From IMG/VR virus record IMGVR_UViG_3300047320_000132, positions 67,101-131,100 of that record: DNA of 64,000 nucleotides; one strand, written 5' to 3'. Shown here in pieces: positions 53,628 through 61,956 of this stretch (its first letter is position 1; every line of letters starts with the position of its first letter). The DNA is from a virus (taxonomy: Duplodnaviria > Heunggongvirae > Uroviricota > Caudoviricetes). Under the pieces are notes generated by a model. It saw only the letters and a list, made by a program, of their open reading frames with translations. It was not told the DNA's origin and did no database searches. The translations under genes and the position numbers were made by a program.

Positions 53628-54250
53628 TGGCTGACGCTCTCATTGAAAAATTTGACCTACTCATCGACATGGATGGGGTTGTAGCAAAGTGGTATCCGGG
53701 TCTTCTGACATTATATCAGGCGCAGTATCCAGATCGTCCATATGTCAAACCTGAAGATGTGACCAAGTTCTACGTCGAAGAACTGTATCCGGAAGAACAC
53801 CGTGATGACGTTGTGGCAATTGCCCGTCAGAAAGGTTTCTACACGTTCCTGCCGGTGATGGAGGGGGCGAAAGAAGCCCTGAAAGACATTGAGGAAAACT
53901 GCCTGGACTTCATCAATCCTTTCTTCTGTACTTCGCCAGAAGTCGAGTACGAAGACTTGATGTGCCATTCAGAAAAGGTCCAGTGGACCAATCTTCACTT
54001 CGGACCTTTCTGGGTCAAGAACACGATCATCACGAAGGACAAGACGATGGTTATCGGCGACCTTCTGATCGATGATAAACCGGCGATCAAAGGTTCACGT
54101 AAACCGGTATGGGATCACCTGCATTACGCACAGCCCTATAACAAGGGTGGGCAATTAAAGAAGCAAAACCCGGAATTGGGTTTTACGTGGAATGAATGGC
54201 CTAAACTGCGTGAGGCTATCCGCGTAGTTGTTTATGGAGAACAGGAATGA
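53627..54250 (+). CDS. HAD-superfamily 5'(3')-deoxyribonucleotidase-like protein
   Basis: 207 aa. The N-terminal LLIDMDGVVAKW is a DxDG(V/T) HAD motif I in the context typical of NT5C-type nucleotidases. Confidence 0.5.
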   Translation: MADALIEKFDLLIDMDGVVAKWYPGLLTLYQAQYPDRPYVKPEDVTKFYVEELYPEEHRDDVVAIARQKGFYTFLPVMEGAKEALKDIEENCLDFINPFFCTSPEVEYEDLMCHSEKVQWTNLHFGPFWVKNTIITKDKTMVIGDLLIDDKPAIKGSRKPVWDHLHYAQPYNKGGQLKKQNPELGFTWNEWPKLREAIRVVVYGEQE

Positions 54251-54410
54251 GTTTCGCTAACCGCCTATTTGTAGTATTGGCTGTGATTAACATAATCCTG
54301 TTTGTTATTGCAGTTCACAGCGAATATACCGGACTTGCGATTGCAGAAGCTTTTACGAGTCTTCTTTGCACCCTTGGCGCTGTATCGAAGTTCAAGTAAC
54401 GAAAGCTGTT

Positions 54411-54420
54411 TTGGTATAAG
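54411..54420 (+). promoter_or_regulatory. TTGGTATAAG promoter motif
   Basis: TTTTGGTATAAGAGTATTGG. Confidence 0.45.
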
Positions 54421-54465
54421 AGTATTGGTAGTAACAATACTTTTATGCCTACACAAGGAGAGACC

Positions 54466-55227
54466 ATGAATGACACTGATTTGAAACGCAAGAAGTTCGC
54501 TGGGATCATTAAGATCGCAATCGGAGCTATAGCGATTGCATTCCTCGCACCTGCTATCATGCTTTTAGTCAAAGGACTAATTGGCATCGCTATTGCTGGA
54601 CTCGTGAGTCTGGCGATTGTTAACGGTGCGCCCGTCATTTCGATGAAACTTGCGAACTGGAAGGTCAAAGAGATCGTCCAGGAAGCCAAGACGAACCCCA
54701 TCGAGACGATGGTCAATGTTGCAAATGACCGGGCTGACCGATTGAAGGAAGCCCTTCAGCGAATCGGCGATCTCTCTGCGAGTGTCAAAAACTTCGCAGA
54801 CAAGGTCGTTGGCTTCAAGAAGCAATGGCCCAACGATGCAGCAATGTTCGACCAGGCCGTTACCAACGCTCAAAAAGTGTTGGCCAAGTGGACCAGTGAC
54901 TACAAAGTCGCCAAGGGGGCGTTGGAAGCTTATCTGTTGGAAATCGAGAAGTGTCGTGCTGTGAATGAGATGGCCGTGGAAATGGCAGCTCTTAACAAGA
55001 TGGCGCAGATGGACTCCGACAAGTTGATGGAAGAGTTGAAGTCGAAGACTGCCATCGATGAAGTAAGCCGTCGCATGAATAGTGCAATGGCTCAACTGGA
55101 AACGTCACTGCTGGAAGAAGTCAACTTCTCGGTTACGCCGGGAACGGCAATTTCCAATAACCCTACTCCGGTCGCAAACTTCGATACTGTCGACGCACAT
55201 AGTCCGGTCGTCGCAAAGGTAGGTTGA
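54466..55227 (+). CDS. membrane-anchored coiled-coil protein
   Basis: N-terminal pair of TM helices, then a long helical region. Confidence 0.45.
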   Translation: MNDTDLKRKKFAGIIKIAIGAIAIAFLAPAIMLLVKGLIGIAIAGLVSLAIVNGAPVISMKLANWKVKEIVQEAKTNPIETMVNVANDRADRLKEALQRIGDLSASVKNFADKVVGFKKQWPNDAAMFDQAVTNAQKVLAKWTSDYKVAKGALEAYLLEIEKCRAVNEMAVEMAALNKMAQMDSDKLMEELKSKTAIDEVSRRMNSAMAQLETSLLEEVNFSVTPGTAISNNPTPVANFDTVDAHSPVVAKVG

Positions 55228-55228
55228 C

Positions 55229-55423
55229 ATGCCTAAAGTAGTTGGCCAAGACACTTCCGTAGCTAAGCGCGTTACGTGCTCTCACTGCGGAGCCATCAAC
55301 GAGTATCTACCCGACGAAGTCCGGGAGCTGTATCGTGGAAAAGATATGAGTGGCTGTAGTGAAGGCTACGATGGGTTCAACTGCGGTCAGTGCGGTAAAG
55401 AAATCCATACCTGGAGTTTTTAA
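55229..55423 (+). CDS. zinc-ribbon protein
   Basis: 64 aa. CSHCGA...CGQCGK. Confidence 0.4.
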   Translation: MPKVVGQDTSVAKRVTCSHCGAINEYLPDEVRELYRGKDMSGCSEGYDGFNCGQCGKEIHTWSF

Positions 55424-55550
55424 TGTACACGAAACAACCTGACGGCACTGGTACTTGGGATATTCTGGATCCTGACGGTGATTACCTCGTTACGATTCAG
55501 GATGAAACCTCAGCGGATATTCTACTGTCTCATCTCAACCGAGGGTAAAC

Positions 55551-55736
55551 GTGCCTGTTATCGATGTTTACTGTAGTCATTGTGGTCAAAGATTGGAACA
55601 TCAGTCAGGGCGTATCTGGCATGGTGAACACGATATTGCTCCGCAGTACTGCTGGATTGATCCGATGCACGGCTCTCGGCTTCACGAGCCTGTAATTAAA
55701 CTTGAACTTTCTTCGGAGTACACTAACTGTGTATAG
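55551..55736 (+). CDS. zinc-ribbon protein
   Basis: 61 aa. CSHCGQ. Confidence 0.35.
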   Translation: MPVIDVYCSHCGQRLEHQSGRIWHGEHDIAPQYCWIDPMHGSRLHEPVIKLELSSEYTNCV

Positions 55737-56030
55737 ACTGATTGCCAGCCTCTTGGTGGTCCTGGTGTGCGTGAGTGGCTACTTCGCCTTTGACCACACC
55801 ACGTCGACCGCTTCTGTGGGCTCTGATGACTCCACAGGCGTATCCCAGCCCTCGGCTCCGGCTGCGGCCCCGTCCTCGGACGATAACAATCTCAAAGACC
55901 TGAAGGTGAACTAAGTGGACATTACAAATCTGCTGCTTGACGCAGCGGCAATTCTGCTTGCCGTAGTTTGTGTGTTCGGCTACACCGAAGTTTTCTGCAT
56001 CCTCTTTCTTTCCAATACCCAGGAGAAGTC

Positions 56031-56960
56031 ATGATTTGGTCCCGCGTTCCCCGTATCCCTTTGATCATTCTCACAACGTTGCTCACATTTCTCGTGTGTC
56101 ACGCTGCTCACGCTCAATCTCTCGCCGTAGCAACTGGCGGGCCTGCAGGTACGTATCACGCGATGTTCAGGGAGTTGAATGCGCGTTGCGGTGTCGATAC
56201 CGGAAGCGGTATTGACATCAAGGAAGTACCGTCGTCGGGGTCGAACGAAAACGTCGACAAGATGGTGGCCAATCAGGTCAATGGCGCATTCGTTCAGACC
56301 GACGTGCTGATCCTGCGTAGCAAGACCGAAGATCTCAGCAAGGTCAAGACTCTGTTCTCGCTTCACTCGGAACAGGTTCACCTGATCGCTCGGGCTGAAG
56401 GTGTGAAAGAAGGTGGGGTTATGGGCTTCGGTGCCAAGACCATTCACTTCAACACGATTTCGGACCTGAATGGTCGTAGCGTCGGCGCTGCCGGTGGTTC
56501 GGTTCTTACTGCGAAGGTGATCAAGGCTCAAAGCGGGGTGAATTACAATGTTGCCGAATTTCCCACGAACAAAGCTGCACTCGATGCTCTTCAAGCAGGA
56601 CAGGTCGACGGTGTTGTCATTGTCGGCGGAGAGCCGATGGCTGAAGTTGCAGCGTTGCCTGCCACGTACAGGCTCCTGCCTATTCAACCTGCAATCCAGG
56701 ACAAGCTGAAGGCGGTATATCAACCTGCGCGTCTGTCGTATCGTAACCTGAACGCAGCGGGTGTGCCGACGGTTTCGATCCGGTCGTTGTTCGTGACTCG
56801 TGAATACAAGTCTGCACGCTTCGTGTCGGCTTTGACTTCGCTGCGTGCATGCTTCAACAAGAACATCGACGACTTGCAAGAAACCACAAATACGAGTCCC
56901 GCCTGGCAATCGGTTGACGCCAAGGATCAGGGTAAGTGGGCGTGGTATGACCTGAAATGA
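56031..56960 (+). CDS. periplasmic solute-binding protein, TAXI-family-like
   Basis: Signal peptide MIWSRVPRIPLIILTTLLTFLVCHAAHA. LAVATGGPAGTYHAMFRELN resembles the TAXI TGGTGGTYY motif. GC-rich. No permease gene is adjacent. Confidence 0.45.
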   Translation: MIWSRVPRIPLIILTTLLTFLVCHAAHAQSLAVATGGPAGTYHAMFRELNARCGVDTGSGIDIKEVPSSGSNENVDKMVANQVNGAFVQTDVLILRSKTEDLSKVKTLFSLHSEQVHLIARAEGVKEGGVMGFGAKTIHFNTISDLNGRSVGAAGGSVLTAKVIKAQSGVNYNVAEFPTNKAALDALQAGQVDGVVIVGGEPMAEVAALPATYRLLPIQPAIQDKLKAVYQPARLSYRNLNAAGVPTVSIRSLFVTREYKSARFVSALTSLRACFNKNIDDLQETTNTSPAWQSVDAKDQGKWAWYDLK

Positions 56961-57145
56961 ACTGGCTAACAGTTCTTTCCCATCTGTACGTTTTAGGATT
57001 CGGATTTCTCTTCGGAGCGTACCTGATGGATATTTTGAGTCATGCGCAAGGCGAAGCAAAAGATCTGCTTAAGGTATTTGTGGTTTGCCTGTTCTGGCCG
57101 ATTATTCTTCCGGGCTGGATATTCCTTGCATTACTGATGGGTTGA
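56957..57145 (+). CDS. small membrane protein
   Basis: 62 aa with two TM helices. Confidence 0.35.
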   Translation: MNWLTVLSHLYVLGFGFLFGAYLMDILSHAQGEAKDLLKVFVVCLFWPIILPGWIFLALLMG

Positions 57146-57190
57146 TTCAAAGGGCGCTTTTATAGGCCCTTTTTCTTTAGGCGAGATAAA

Positions 57191-57451
57191 ATGAACTTCT
57201 GGGTCATATACGCATCGATAGGTTTTGTATTTCTTATGTTCGGACTTGCGTTTATAAGTTACGAAGAGGACGGACACGTAGACGAAGGCGATATTGGGAT
57301 AGCCGCATTTTTCTCAGCAGTTTGGCCACTCGTGTTGACATACGGGATTTTTAGTTTTGTGTTACATATTCCGATTTGGATAGGCGGGCATTTAAAGGAA
57401 CGTAGGAATGAACAAGTTAGAGAGAAACAACGTCAACGAAGCGATAGCTAA
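57191..57451 (+). CDS. small membrane protein
   Basis: 86 aa with two TM helices. Confidence 0.35.
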   Translation: MNFWVIYASIGFVFLMFGLAFISYEEDGHVDEGDIGIAAFFSAVWPLVLTYGIFSFVLHIPIWIGGHLKERRNEQVREKQRQRSDS

Positions 57452-57576
57452 GACCTTGGCTCAAGTCCGTTCTGATTTTGAAAGTCTGGGCGGTATCAGC
57501 AAACGTTTGAAAAAAGAACAGCATAAGGCTAGAATGAAGGCCTTCGAGCAAAACGCATTTAATAAAGGAAAGAAAA

Positions 57577-57870
57577 ATGTCTGACGCAACATACGAAAAG
57601 ATTGAACCGACGTTGAACCTGGAAGAATTCAAGAATTCGACTTCTGACTACTGGGAATATTTCATTTATAGGCCTGATGTCGACCCGGCTAAGCTGGCGA
57701 TGGGCATCCATCCGGTCGGCGTACCCTTCCATTCAATAGAATTCGGAGGCAGTGTTTTTTACGTAATCGAAGGAAAACTCTGGGAAAAAGGTCACGTCGG
57801 GGTTGACGATAAAGGCGTCTTCGTCGAATTTCATAAACAGAAAGGCGAGTTCAAAGGGTACGGGATTTGA
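57577..57870 (+). CDS. hypothetical protein
   Basis: 97 aa. Confidence 0.4.
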   Translation: MSDATYEKIEPTLNLEEFKNSTSDYWEYFIYRPDVDPAKLAMGIHPVGVPFHSIEFGGSVFYVIEGKLWEKGHVGVDDKGVFVEFHKQKGEFKGYGI

Positions 57871-57871
57871 A

Positions 57872-58099
57872 ATGGGTTTTCTATATTACCTCATAGGTAC
57901 TGTGATTTCGTACTTTATTCTAGTTATGCTTCTAGGATGGTTTCTGGGTGGTGAACTAGACCTTAGTGATCCAGACGATGTTGTTGCTTCACTTGGATTT
58001 CCAGCAATAGCTGCGGTATTTTGGCCTATTACGCTCCCTCTTTCGCTAGCAGCAGTTGTAGCTTACAAAATCCTCCAGATTTTTGAAAAGAAGAAATGA
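57872..58099 (+). CDS. small membrane protein
   Basis: 75 aa from the internal ATG. Two TM helices. Confidence 0.4.
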   Translation: MGFLYYLIGTVISYFILVMLLGWFLGGELDLSDPDDVVASLGFPAIAAVFWPITLPLSLAAVVAYKILQIFEKKK

Positions 58100-58100
58100 A

Positions 58101-58553
58101 ATGACTACCTTGTATAAACATCTGCAAGAAGTACGCATCGAAGCAATGAAGGCTAAAGACACCTTCACTTCGACCAAGCTTGGCACCATTCTCGGTGAAG
58201 CGAAGCAGCTCGCTACGAAGAAAGAGAATCGAGATCCGACCGATGATGAAGTTCTGTCGGTGATCAAGAAAGGTCTTGAAGGGCTTGCAGAAATGCTTAA
58301 GCTGGAGACAGACGATTTCAAGAAAGCCAATCTCGTGCTTGAGCGTGACATGCTGCAGAAGTTCATGCCGACGCAGTTGTCTGAGTTGGAAATCAAGACG
58401 CTCATTGAAAACATGGCGTTTGACAAGCTCGGTACAATTATGGCCGTATTCAAACTTAACTTTGCAGGTAAGTACGATGGTAAAACGTTGAAGAGACTTG
58501 CGGACGAGTATCTTGCTAAATACGACCGAGTTGACTGCGATGTAGGGAGTTAA
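58101..58553 (+). CDS. GatB/YqeY-domain protein
   Basis: LSELEIKTLIENMAFDKLGTIMAVFKLNFAGKYDGKTLKRLADEYL follows the C-terminal YqeY pattern (LSeeEl..lv.eaia..g...mg.vMg.l......aDgk.v...v...L). Confidence 0.5.
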   Translation: MTTLYKHLQEVRIEAMKAKDTFTSTKLGTILGEAKQLATKKENRDPTDDEVLSVIKKGLEGLAEMLKLETDDFKKANLVLERDMLQKFMPTQLSELEIKTLIENMAFDKLGTIMAVFKLNFAGKYDGKTLKRLADEYLAKYDRVDCDVGS

Positions 58554-58554
58554 C

Positions 58555-58779
58555 ATGACTGGCCTTGAATACATTATGAATCTCAATGAGGTTTGTCAGT
58601 TTCGTAGCACTGAGCGTAAACCAGGGCCATGTTCAAATAGTGAACTCAGACGACTGCTTGACCAAGGCGCATTACGTGTCAATGGTCAAGTGGTGAAGTC
58701 TAGGGACGCTATTCCTTTTCCCGTGGCAAGCGCGGTGATGTTCCCTAAAGCAGTAAATGGAAGGATAACGTTGTTATGA
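58555..58779 (+). CDS. small S4-like RNA-binding domain protein (Hsp15/YbcJ-like)
   Basis: 74 aa. SELRRLLDQGALRVNGQVVKSRDAIPFPV resembles the S4 domain core. Confidence 0.35.
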   Translation: MTGLEYIMNLNEVCQFRSTERKPGPCSNSELRRLLDQGALRVNGQVVKSRDAIPFPVASAVMFPKAVNGRITLL

Positions 58780-59033
58780 GAATCAAAAGTGCTGCTACCT
58801 CAAAGCATTACGAGCCGGGCACGTTTACTTATGATCCGTTCTATCGGAGATTTTTCTATAGCCCAGATCTTAAGGCTTATGATGATGTTACTAAAAGCGG
58901 ATGGAAATTCTGGAAGAGAAGACGTGCTATCGAATGGACCATACATGAACGTGAACTGTTTCGCAAGGAACATGGAGTTTGGGTACCTTACAATGTAACC
59001 GGTTCGCTATTTGGTTTGTTCTTCGGTTATTGA
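58776..59033 (+). CDS. hypothetical protein
   Basis: 85 aa. Confidence 0.35.
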   Translation: MRIKSAATSKHYEPGTFTYDPFYRRFFYSPDLKAYDDVTKSGWKFWKRRRAIEWTIHERELFRKEHGVWVPYNVTGSLFGLFFGY

Positions 59034-59140
59034 TTTCAATTTTTACGTAGTTTGTGGTATAAGCAAATTGTGAGGGAAGTCATAGCCGCGTTGACTTCTC
59101 TCATTCTACTATTAGCGGCTTTTGTTTAGGTTCTACAAAG

Positions 59141-59404
59141 ATGTCTACTATTTCTCTTCAATCAGCAGCTCGTACTTTCGTTCGCAACGCAACCACTCTC
59201 CGTCAAGAAAGCAACATCAGTTTTGCTGACATGGCCGCAGCAACCAAGCTGTCGGTGTCGACGCTCAAGCGTATCGAACAATATGCTCGTCTCGGCGCTC
59301 TCGCTGGTAACTACCGTCCGAACATTGCTACAATCGTGAAGATTGCTAATGTGGCAAATGTCACGCCAGATGATCTTCTGCAACGTGAACTCGAAGTTGA
59401 GTAA
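59141..59404 (+). CDS. XRE-family helix-turn-helix transcriptional regulator
   Basis: 87 aa. NISFADMAAATKLSVSTLKRIEQ is a Cro/C1-type HTH. Confidence 0.5.
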   Translation: MSTISLQSAARTFVRNATTLRQESNISFADMAAATKLSVSTLKRIEQYARLGALAGNYRPNIATIVKIANVANVTPDDLLQRELEVE

Positions 59405-59486
59405 ATAATCGCTGTGTAGTATACTTGGGGCATAGCCTCTGAACGCTGTGTCCCTTCTGTTAAATCTCGGAACAACAGAGGCGATC

Positions 59487-59651
59487 ATGATGAATGAAGT
59501 TATTAGCGTTGCAGAGTACGAAGAAGGTTTTGCCTTGATCGAAGATTCTCAAGGCAAGTACATGGTTACAAAGGACAGCCCTGAGATCACTGAAATACAG
59601 TTTCCTCGGTGTTACCTCACAGATCGTGATCGTCAAGCCCTTCTGACGTAA
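59487..59651 (+). CDS. hypothetical small protein
   Basis: About 54 aa from the internal Met. Confidence 0.3.
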   Translation: MMNEVISVAEYEEGFALIEDSQGKYMVTKDSPEITEIQFPRCYLTDRDRQALLT

Positions 59652-60296
59652 CACAAGAACAAGTTGCATGCGGAAGTAAGGTCCGTTCTCCTGCCCGGAA
59701 TGAGCAACCTGGGTTACCTTGCAGAATTGCTTCCATGACTTAGTATTTTGTAACGACAACGTTACTAGAAGTTTGTAACAGGCTTCAAAGTTGTCTTCCG
59801 CCCAGCTTGCAGCTGGAGCGGAGACCCGAGATGTCTTCGCCGAGAAGAAGAACATCTTGTCCTTGGCCGCCGGCGCCGAAGGTTCCGGAGACGGGTATAG
59901 TAATACACATGAGTTAGTCGTGGTATAATCGTAGTAGAAGTAAAGCAGGGCTCTCGTAGCTCTGCTAAAGCAGAAGTTTGAAGTATCAAACTGTCATTGT
60001 GGAAGGCCATCTATTGGTTGAAAGCAACGGGACAGAGAGTATCTGTAACAGTGCTCTACGCTTCTCGCTACACAACGCGAAAAGCAAAATCTCTACCCAG
60101 CTGGTTGCTGGGTAAAGGCAAATTCTGGGACGTCGTCGAAGCAGGTCTTCTACCCTGGTAAAGGTACCTTTATCAGGCTGGAGCACGAGGCTTCGTAGCA
60201 GAATGAGTTCAAACTAAAAGAGCCGACGAATTTGGGTTACCGCCAAAATTGACTCCAAGTTCATAAACTTGCTCTTTCAATAAATTTCGTTTTAGT

Positions 60297-60306
60297 GGTA
60301 TAATGT
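60297..60306 (+). promoter_or_regulatory. GTGGTATAAT promoter motif inside the noncoding repeat region
   Basis: A consensus extended -10 with no ORF downstream for about 780 nt. Confidence 0.4.
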
Positions 60307-60420
60307 TTATGTAGAGCCGCATTTAACTAGGTTATCTATTGCTCAGAAACCTCCTAGTTATATTCTTTGTTCTACTTCCGCTTTAATCCTGAAGCAGTCG
60401 TCAATGACTGTTTTGGTATT

Positions 60421-61050
60421 AAAGTTCATGGGCCGTAGAAATGGATTATCTAATCCCAAATCGCAAGTCACAGGTTCGAGTCCTGTAACCCGCTGCAGTT
60501 GCGGGTTTAATTCAGTTGGCAGAATGGCGATTCCTGATTCTATTTCGATCTCTTGCCTATCTCAGTTTCACGAGCCGAATGTTCAAGGTTATCTACTAAG
60601 CCAAAGTTAGAATAAAGCGTATTACGCAGTTTCCGGAAACGGGATAGTACCTAGGTCTAACACCGTTGTACTCTGCTTGAGCTAAAGCTATCGCGGGTGA
60701 ATCCTGCATCTCCTTGACAATCCTTGCTCGTATCAAGTTTCACGACGAACCGAAAGCGTAGGGTTATCTACAAACTTCAATTGGTGAAAACTGTTAGGTC
60801 GAAAGACCATCTCCCTTGCACCACTTGTTCGTCTTCCGTTTATGCTGAACCGCTAGTATTGTGTTATCTCCATTATCAGGACGTATTTCAGGTTCGAATC
60901 CTGACGGCACAATTAAGAGCATTCTGTGTTCTTGGTTGTGCTGTAGTTAAACTGGTATAACGCGTAAAACGCGCAGTACACTCTTTGTTCAGCTTCAAGT
61001 TTGTGAGCCGTTCAGATTTGGATTATCCTTTTAAGATTTCCTCCAGATCA
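60421..61050 (+). repeat. five copies of an approximately 40-nt element AGTTTCAYGRGCCG...GGTTATCTAC carrying DnaA-box-like TTATCYACA cores. Two copies are followed by tRNA T-arm mimics.
   Basis: Copies begin near 60421, 60556, 60731, 60827 and 60981. GGTTCGAGTCC and GGTTCGAATCC stem-loops follow copies 1 and 4. Confidence 0.5.
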
Positions 61051-61079
61051 ATTTCATTTGCTCACTTCAGTTTTATACA

Positions 61080-61526
61080 TTGCTAGTATTTAGCATGTCA
61101 ACTAATTCAAATTCTAAAAAATCACAACAGTTAGGTATGCCGTTTGGTACCGCCACAAATAAGCTCAGAAAAAAAGTAATGTTTTCTCTATTAGTCAGAC
61201 ACCGAGAAAATATATGTTTTAAATGCTCAAAAGATATTGAAACAGAAAATGAACTTAGCATTGAGCATAAAAAAGATTGGTTAGATGTAGGTTCTGAATT
61301 ATTCTGGGATATAGACAACATTGCATTTTCACATCTCAAATGTAATAAACCTAGAAAAGAATTCTACGAGAGTACTCGAAAAAATATAGTAGATGGTAAA
61401 CAAGAATGTTTCTCGTGTAAAACGTTTAAACCAATTTCTGAATTTTGGAAAAACAGAACCCGACATAGTGGGATAGACAGTCAATGTAAAGATTGTGTAA
61501 AAAGATACAGACGCAGTAAAAAATGA
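61080..61526 (+). CDS. HNH homing endonuclease
   Basis: 148 aa. SIEHKKDW...NIAFSHLKCN is an HNH motif. Cys pairs CFKC and CFSC...CKDC. Confidence 0.7.
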   Translation: MLVFSMSTNSNSKKSQQLGMPFGTATNKLRKKVMFSLLVRHRENICFKCSKDIETENELSIEHKKDWLDVGSELFWDIDNIAFSHLKCNKPRKEFYESTRKNIVDGKQECFSCKTFKPISEFWKNRTRHSGIDSQCKDCVKRYRRSKK

Positions 61527-61544
61527 CCTTTCGTATGTAACCAA

Positions 61545-61925
61545 GTAGTATGTTGGTAGTCAGGGAGCAACTTCCTGGTTAAATCTGCCACCGGTCCGTT
61601 CCGCTACGTTCGTTACGTGCTTCGCACTACACGACCTACGCTGCACTACCCGGAGGCGATGAGGAGATCTGCCCCAGAACGGGCAATGAGGTTAGGTCAT
61701 AACCCCGCAACACCAAGACTTACGTATTTTGTTTCAATGAAACGATGATAGAGTAACTCTGTCAGATATCGGTTCAGCTTCGCTGACTGGGATGTGCTCC
61801 AGGAGCACGAGCTGGGGGTACCCGTCGTACCCCGGGGAAGAGCTGCAGCATGGTTCTTCTTAACACCACATGAGGTAAGTCCAAAGGTCTGTTAGCTTCG
61901 GCTTTCAGACCTTCTTTTTTTAGTC
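61545..61925 (+). ncRNA. candidate structured noncoding RNA (Y RNA / YrlA-like?) immediately upstream of the Ro60 homolog
   Basis: About 380 nt with no ORF. GC-rich with many local helices, for example CAGGGAGCAACTTCCTGG and CCCCGGGG palindromes. Ends in an intrinsic terminator GGTCTGTTAGCTTCGGCTTTCAGACC plus a T-run at about 61885-61921, directly before the RBS of the Rsr gene. Confidence 0.4.
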
Positions 61926-61956
61926 AGTTAAACTTTGTTCCTCAAGGAGCCTTAAC

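Noticed and set aside
60463-60520. Possible circularly permuted tRNA: T-arm plus 3' acceptor AACCCGC followed by the 5' acceptor GCGGGTT and a D-arm-like AGTTGGCAG.
   Set aside because: The two halves are separated by only a 7-nt loop, so the simplest reading is an ordinary 7-bp hairpin AACCCGC-TGCAGTT-GCGGGTT. No anticodon arm follows the D-arm-like segment. Permuted tRNA processing needs eukaryotic or archaeal splicing endonuclease.
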